Shown in pieces: positions 57,755-64,000 of a stretch of DNA of 64,000 nt. The position numbers were made by a program, and so were the translations under genes. Source of the DNA: Blastocladiella emersonii ATCC 22665 (lineage: Eukaryota; Fungi; Blastocladiomycota); the NCBI GenBank assembly GCA_025594325.1, contig JANHCV010000002.1, forward strand, positions 1,488,001-1,552,000, written 5' to 3'. A model generated the notes under the pieces. That model worked only from the letters and a program-made list of their open reading frames with translations, was not told the origin of the DNA and did not search any database. Within the stretch, counting starts at the first letter, position 1. Every line of letters begins with the position of its first letter.

Positions 57755-58136
57755 ATGAGCATCGACCCGTCCGCCCTGAACCCCTACGAGCGCCAGATCT
57801 TCGAGGCCATGGTCGAGCAGAAGCAGGTATAGCCCGCTCGCTCGCTCCACCCACCGCTGTTATGGATCCCAGGACCAACCCCCGCCCGCCCGATGAACGA
57901 CGACGATGATGTAGATGAAGGAGTCGATGGGCATGTTCAGCCGCGTGCTCGAGACGTGCTTCACGTCGTGCGTGACCGAGTTCACGACGTCGGCGCTGAC
58001 GCCCGGCGAGGACAAGTGCGTCGACCGGTGCATCGACAAGTTCATGAAGCACAGCGAGCGCATCTCGCAGCGCTTCCAGGAGTTCAACATGCTGCTCGAG
58101 CAGCGCCAGATGCAGAGCGCCGCCGCGAACCTTTAG
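57755..58136 (+). CDS. TIM9: Mitochondrial intermembrane-space chaperone Tim9; exons 57755-57826, 57915-58136
   Basis: EQKQ|MKE, twin CX3C motif CFTSC...CVDRC and KFMKHSERISQRFQE. Confidence 0.93.
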
Positions 58137-58212
58137 GCGGGCGGGCTCATAGTTTGATTAATCCACGCAGTATATATACAGTAATTACACACTCACTAGT
58201 CTCTCTTCTGCA

Positions 58213-61204
58213 TCAAATCGGGTGCGACGCCATCATCATGACCTGCCCGAGCTGCCCGTCGCGGTGCGTGCGATGCGTCGTGGCGAAGGCGATCGAGTGC
58301 GCGGCCATGAGCTCGTCGCCCTCGCCCGCGCCGCCGTCGCCGCCGCGGCCCGCATCCCCGCCGTGCTCGTGGTGGTGGTGGTGCCCGTGCTGGTGCATGG
58401 CGTAGTACGCCGCCGGGTCCGTGTTGTACCCGTACATGTACACGGCTTCGTCGTACCCGGGCGGCGGGCCGTGGTGGTGGTGATGGTGGTGGTGCGGGTC
58501 CTGGTCGTCGTCATTGGCCGCGCCCGAAGCGAGCGTCGGACTCACGATCGGCGCGAGCGTCAGCGGCACGATCGGGTCGCCCGTGATCATCATGGCCAAG
58601 GGCGCCGCCGCGTTCGAGTTGCCGCGGCCGCGGCCGCGCGGGAGCGTCGCCGCCACCATCTCGTCCATGAACTCGGCCGCGACGGGCGACTTGGACGTCT
58701 GGCCCGCGTACTGCTGATGTTCCGAGTACGGTTGCTGCTGCTGATGGAAGTAGTCCTGGTGGTACCCAGCATACTGCGTCGGCTGCTGGGCCGCGCTGTC
58801 CGAGTACGACCGCGGCGGTGACCGCGACGCGGTACTGACGGGCGTCGTCGACCGGCTGGTCGCGGGCAGCTTGGGCACGGGCGGCGCGCCGGGCGCTGTG
58901 GTACGGTGCTGCGCCATCTTCGGGTTCGACACCTTGCGGCGGAGCGACGCGACGCGGGAGAAGGCGCGTGCGACGGTCCCGCCCACGTTATCCTCGGTCC
59001 CGCTGCCGTGCGACTCGCTGCCGCTGGTGCCGTCCTGCGATGGCTCGCGCGACCCGGGGTTCAGCGCGCGGCGCAGGCGGCCGAACAGGCCCGGCGAGCT
59101 GGTCCCCGAGGCCGACGAGGACCCGAGCCGCGGGCGGCCGCCGCTGCTCGTGCTCCGCCGCGCGCCCTCGTCGCTGTCCTCGTCCAGGTCCATGCCCGAC
59201 ACGGGCATGATGTCTTGCGACTCGGAAAAGGTGCGGCCGCGCAGCGCAGGGGCCACTGCAGCGGGAGCGGGGGTGGGGGCGGGAGCAGGGGTGCGGGAAG
59301 CCGTCGAGTTACTGGCGACGCTGGACTCGCCGCTAGTCGCGGCAACCGACGACGACAGCGTCGCGTGCGTGAACGTGGTCGCCGCGGCCGTAGCGTGCGC
59401 GCGGGGCGACGGGAGCGAGACCTGGCGGCGCAGCACGGGCGCGGTACCCGCCGCCTGCGCGATCGCTGCCGACGCCGACGGATGTCCGTCGGACGGCGAG
59501 CGGCGGAGCGGGCTCGGTGCCGCGGGATCGACGCCGACCTGGCCGGCGAGCGAGGACGCGCCGCCCGACGCGGCGCTGCTGCCGCTCTCGGTACCCGTGC
59601 CCGAGCTGCTGCTGACGCCGGACCGCGCGAGGGTGCTCTGCGGCGGCGGGGCGAGGAACTTGGGCCGCTCGTTGCGGCGGATCGACGACTTGCGCGGCGG
59701 GAAGGTGGTGGGGCCTGAGGGTGGCGGCGAGGTGAGCGAGGCCGCCGAGGGCGAGGGTAGGGGCTCGAGGTCCAGGATGTGCAGATCGCTCATGAACTCC
59801 ATGGGCGGGAGCTCGATGTCGATGGGCGCCTCGGTCGGAACGCCCGACCGGCTCAGCGTCATGGGCAGCATGGACGGGAGCGAGGAGCCGCCGACCGAGA
59901 GCTCGGGTAGCTGCGGCGGGAGGAGCTGCGGCGGCACGGCGAGGTCGGTGAACGAGAGGATGGGCGGGGAATCCTGCTGCTTCGCCCTGCTGCTGCGCGA
60001 CTTGAGGGTGCTGCGTCCCGCGGGCGCCGACGACGACATGAGCGACGCAGCCACCGCCGACGCCGCCGCCGTCCGCGGCGTGACGGGGTCGAGCGCGCGG
60101 CCGAGCGACAGGTCGGCGAGCGAGACCTGGAGCTCCGAGTCGGGCAGCACGCTCTCGTCGGGTGCGCGCGCGACAATCGGCAGGCCGCGGCCGCGTGTCT
60201 GGCTCGGGAGCATGGGCATGGGCGGGACCGGCTCGCTGTTAGCGCGCGACCGCTCGAGCGTCGGCGGCAGCGCGCGGGGCAGCGTGGCGCGGTCGAACGC
60301 GGACATGTCGACCGACAGGACGCGCGGGCCCGACGCCGTCGTGCTGGGCGACGACGGCGCCACCGCGACCGTGCTGCTCCCGACGGCCGAGGTGTCGGGG
60401 ACGACGGGCCGCGGCAGGTCGGCGTCGATGGCGGCCATGGAGCTCGTGCGGCGCGGGCGCGCGAGGCTCTTGGCGGGGATCTCGGGGACGGGCGGCGCGC
60501 GCGGGCTCGTCACGACGACGGGCGAGGTCGGGCCGCCGAGCTCCGAGAGTCCGTCGGCGTCGGCGCCCTCGATGGACGCGGTCGGGATCGATCCGCCGGC
60601 GCCGCCGCGCGAGAGCGAGAGCGACGAGAGCGCCGACAGGGTGCTGTTGCGGTTGCGGTTGCGGAACAGCGAGCGGCGGAGCGCGCCGGGGGTGCGGGCG
60701 ATGAGGGCGCGCGTGGCCTCGTGCGTCGAGCCGTACGACGGCAGCAGGCCGTCGTCGTCGGCGGGGGCCGAGTCGGCGTAGGCGGGCGGGATGACCCAGT
60801 CGGCCCACTGCGCGTAGTCGGGCGAGTCGAAGGCGATGCGGCCCAGCGCGTCGACGCACCCGATGCGCTGGTACGACGTGCGCGTCCCGTCGTCGCGGTG
60901 CGGGTTGTTGACCTCGGTCGCGAGCAGCACGTCGCCGGACGGCTACACGGGTGGGGGTCAGCGCGATGGCCCTTGTTGGCGGAGCTTCAAGGCAGCGTAC
61001 CTCGAGCAGCGTCGACACCATGGTTTCGTTGCCGTGCTCATCGACGCTCTACATCGAGGGTGACGGTGTGAGCACTCGCATCGTCTCGTCATACGAGAGC
61101 ACGGCGCATACCCAGGTCGTGGCAAGAACCACCGTCTCCTCGGCGCGAGCGCGGGCGAGGCTGCTCGAGCTCGAGGCAGCGGGTGAGGGCGGAACCCGCA
61201 TCAT
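58213..61204 (-). CDS. Hypothetical protein: small folded N-terminal domain plus a long disordered tail; introns 61111-61049 and 61000-60943
   Basis: Two canonical short introns join MMRVPP...LATTW|SVDEHGNETMVSTLLE|PSGDVLLATEV in frame to the 905-aa ORF. The start codon is uncertain. Confidence 0.62.
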
Positions 61205-61853
61205 GATGGTCGCCGGAAGTAGGGATGAAGCGACGATGGCGGCTCTAGGTCGTGGTCGCGGTCGTCGTCGTTCAAGGTCGGGGATGAGGGCCAGCGAGGT
61301 CCTGCTGCTAGCTGCGCCTTGAGTCCGCGATGGTGATACGTTGCAGAGTAGTCGTGATGAAGGCGAGCAAGGCAGAGCAAGAGAGCGAAAGCTTGCCGAG
61401 GCCCCCGTGCGCGGCCAGCCAGTCCCCCGAGGGCGCGAGCGAGGGAGACGGTGATGAAGAGGCGCGCTGCTGCTGCTGCGGCTCGCGGCATGCACGGAAG
61501 CGGCCGCGGACCCGCGTGCCTCGGCACCAACCAGCGAGGGCATCCGTGGCGCCGGCGCACAAGGGATGCGCGTATGAGGCGAGCGAGGCTGGGGAGATGG
61601 AGCAGCGACGTGGCTCAGCCGTCAAGGCTTGGCCGGACCTCATTTTGCAACGCATCAGGCGTGAAAGTGCATCTCACGCTCAAGGCAGCGGCCACGAAGC
61701 CGAACAGGGGCCTAGACGCTGAGCATCACGAACAGGATCAAGAGACGAGAAAGAGATGTGTTGTGTGAACTAGTGTGTATTCCGTGGACAACAAGCGCTG
61801 CCCGAGAACGCGCGCCAGCGTCACAGAGCGGTCGAGGGAGGAGAGACGACAAC

Positions 61854-63292
61854 TTACAGGTCCTTCTTGAGGGTACCCATGAAGGTCTTCTTCTCGTCGG
61901 CGGTCTGGAAGCGACCGTGGCCGAACTTGGACGAGGTGTCGATGAACTTAAGCGACACCTTCTCGAGCGAGGCGCGCGAGGTGTGGGTAACCATGGTCTT
62001 GCGCAGGGTGACGATGCGCTTGCGGGTGCCGACGCAGCAGCCCTTGATCATGAGGAAGTCCTCGTTGACCATACCGTAGTGCGGGAAGCCGCCCATGGGG
62101 TTGATGGTCTTCTCGGTGATGTCGAACTCGGTCGAGCCCGAGGCCGAGGCCTGGCCGTTCGAGACGCGGTAGATCTTCTTGTTGATCTCGGTACGGTGGT
62201 GGTAGCCGTTCTGACCAGCGCGCGGCACCGAGTACATGACGCGCGACGGGTGCCAGGCACCGACACAGGCAATCTTGCGGAGACCACGGTGCGTCTTGCG
62301 GGGGAGCTTCTTGGTGCCCCAACGGTGGGTGACACCCTCGTAACCGTGACCCTTGGTCACACCGATGATGTCGATGTTCTCGTCCTGCTCGAAGACCGAC
62401 TTGATGTCGACCTCCTTCTCGAAGTGCTCCTTGGCCCAGTCGACCTTCTGCGCAATCGAGCCGCCGTTGAGCTGGATCTCCATGAGGTGCGCCTTCTTCT
62501 GGCCGATCTTGACCTTGCGGATCTGCGTGTGCGCGAGGACGCGGACAACCTGGCAGTACTTCTTGATGCGCTCGAGCTCGCGGGTGATGTCCTTGGCGCC
62601 CTCGGCGTACTTGCCGGCGTACTTGGTGAAGGCCTTCTTCTTGGACTTGTACCAGTTCTTGTAGAAGCGGCGCTTGACCTCCTCCGAGAGGTGCTCGGCC
62701 CACACCGTGGTGAGGGTGCGCAGGCCGCGGGGGGTCTCGACGTAGCCGACAACACCGACGACGACCATAGGGGGCGTCTCGATGATGGTCACGGCCTCGA
62801 CGATCTCCTTCTTGTGCATCTCTGAGCGCGCGCGAGCGGGTTTCCACGGTTAGCGCACGTTCCAAACACACGCATTCCACCACAACGAGAAAATTCAACG
62901 TACTCGACGCGGGGCGGTCGAGGTCGCGCACAATGTGGGTCATGCCGGCCTTGTAGCCGATGAAGGCCGTGAGGTGCACGGGCTTCTTGGCATCGTCGCG
63001 GGGGAACGACTTGACCTTACCGCGGTGATGGCGGCAGCGCTTGCGGGGCAGGAAACCCAGCGAACCGTGACGGGGGTGCTCGAACTTGCGGTGGGACTAA
63101 CGAAATGGGGGGGGGAAAATGCGGATGGTTGCGGGTGGCCACCACGGCACAGCAGGTCGTTTTCGTCAGTCATCCGTCGGTTTCATTGGTCCCCGCCGCG
63201 GTCGTCGCGGCCGAAGCCAGCAAAACGCCGAGCGGGGATTGAATACCGCCGTCCGACAGAGCGGCACGACTGCATGCGATTCATCTCACCAT
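61854..63292 (-). CDS. RPL3: 60S ribosomal protein L3 (uL3); exons 63292-63290 (ATG only), 63096-62904, 62821-61854
   Basis: M|[20 protein letters not shown]...[20 protein letters not shown]|[12 protein letters not shown]...[13 protein letters not shown]...[13 protein letters not shown]. Confidence 0.97.
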
Positions 63293-63471
63293 TGTAAATA
63301 TCCGTGCTCCAGGAGGGAAGAACAGGCAAGGCGGTCGTCGCGGAGCTTTAAGCTGGCGGACTCCCAGTTCAGCCACATCACCTGACGTTCAATTTCGCTT
63401 TCTCTCCACCGCCAAGTCACTGCCGCGTCCTTCCGCGACCTCGATCCGTGCACGCCACATATGAGAAACCA

Positions 63472-64000
63472 ATGGAGAACGCCAAACTCGACTTGCTGCC
63501 CTCTGTCGTGATCGCGAACCTCGCCGCGTTCCTCGAAGGGCGCCAGCTCTCGCGGCTGCGGCAGACCTGCACTGCCATGAGCCGCGTGCCAGCCAACGTA
63601 ACGGCCAGCCGTGAGCACCTCGACTGGGCCCTTCGCCGCGGGTCATACACGCCGATACATCGGATTTATTTCGACCGTGCGATACGCCTTGATCAAAGTT
63701 CTGCTTACCGAGCAAGGCAGGTTCTGATCCGCGATGCAGTCGACTTGCTCGACGCTGACACGATTCGCGCCCTGCTTGACCCTCGCTCTCCGCGCGTGCA
63801 CGGCAAAGCGCTCGACGTGGAAGTGGCCTTCTTTCGCGCTCTACAACAGGTTGACCGAGGACGACCCGGTGCGGCTGAAATCGCGCGGATGTTGCTCGTC
63901 GACTCGCACATTTTTCCCTTCACGTTCGAGTTTCGCTACATGAGCGACCACGAATTCCTCGCACTGTGCACTACTGCTGCAGCTGTCGACATCGGCTCGC
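63472..64000 (+). CDS. F-box-like hypothetical protein, 5' part only (runs off the window)
   Basis: My translation is MENAKLDLLPSVVIANLAAFLEGRQLSRLRQTCTAMSRV..., open to the window end. It is absent from the ORF track because it has no stop codon in the window. Confidence 0.65.
   Translation, partial: MENAKLDLLPSVVIANLAAFLEGRQLSRLRQTCTAMSRVPANVTASREHLDWALRRGSYTPIHRIYFDRAIRLDQSSAYRARQVLIRDAVDLLDADTIRALLDPRSPRVHGKALDVEVAFFRALQQVDRGRPGAAEIARMLLVDSHIFPFTFEFRYMSDHEFLALCTTAAAVDIGS

Noticed and set aside
57450-58052. N-terminal 200-aa extension of the 790-aa ORF
   Set aside because: It is the antisense strand of TIM9 plus the intergenic region. The presequence-like ATG at 57449 is the more plausible start.
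63097-63289. Possible snoRNA in the unusually long (193 nt) first intron of RPL3
   Set aside because: There is a CTGA but no clear RUGAUGA C box with a terminal stem, and no H/ACA layout. An Infernal/snoscan search would be needed.

Overview
This is GC-rich, gene-dense eukaryotic DNA with short (58-93 nt, one 193 nt) spliceosomal introns. An axonemal inner-arm dynein heavy chain (DNAH2/DHC10 type) occurs together with fungal-type Nha1, Tlg2, Tim9, Mph1/FANCM and Slx4. This points to a flagellated, zoosporic fungus, most plausibly Blastocladiomycota (inference). Conserved genes, which I spliced by hand, are TLG2/STX16, an IBTK/Btb1-like ANK-RCC1-BTB protein, DNAH2, FANCM/MPH1 head-to-head with SLX4, an ERGIC-53-like lectin, NHA1, DBP9, TIM9 and RPL3. 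Accessory material lies between them: F-box-like proteins, an LRR pseudogene, a 4.7-kb region of decayed tandem duplications, a frameshifted gene with two elongated CCHC-like domains, and a PPR-like mitochondrial protein with an internal duplication. The most notable feature is a tandem array at about 46.0-53.2 kb of five paralogs (two intact, three broken). They combine an N-terminal helical segment, an Arg/Ser-rich linker and a C-terminal domain resembling a Ty3/gypsy/Arc-type Gag capsid, with no pol or LTR visible. Most long ORFs in the supplied track are antisense shadows caused by strong C/G-ending codon bias. No rRNA, tRNA or CRISPR array was recognised.
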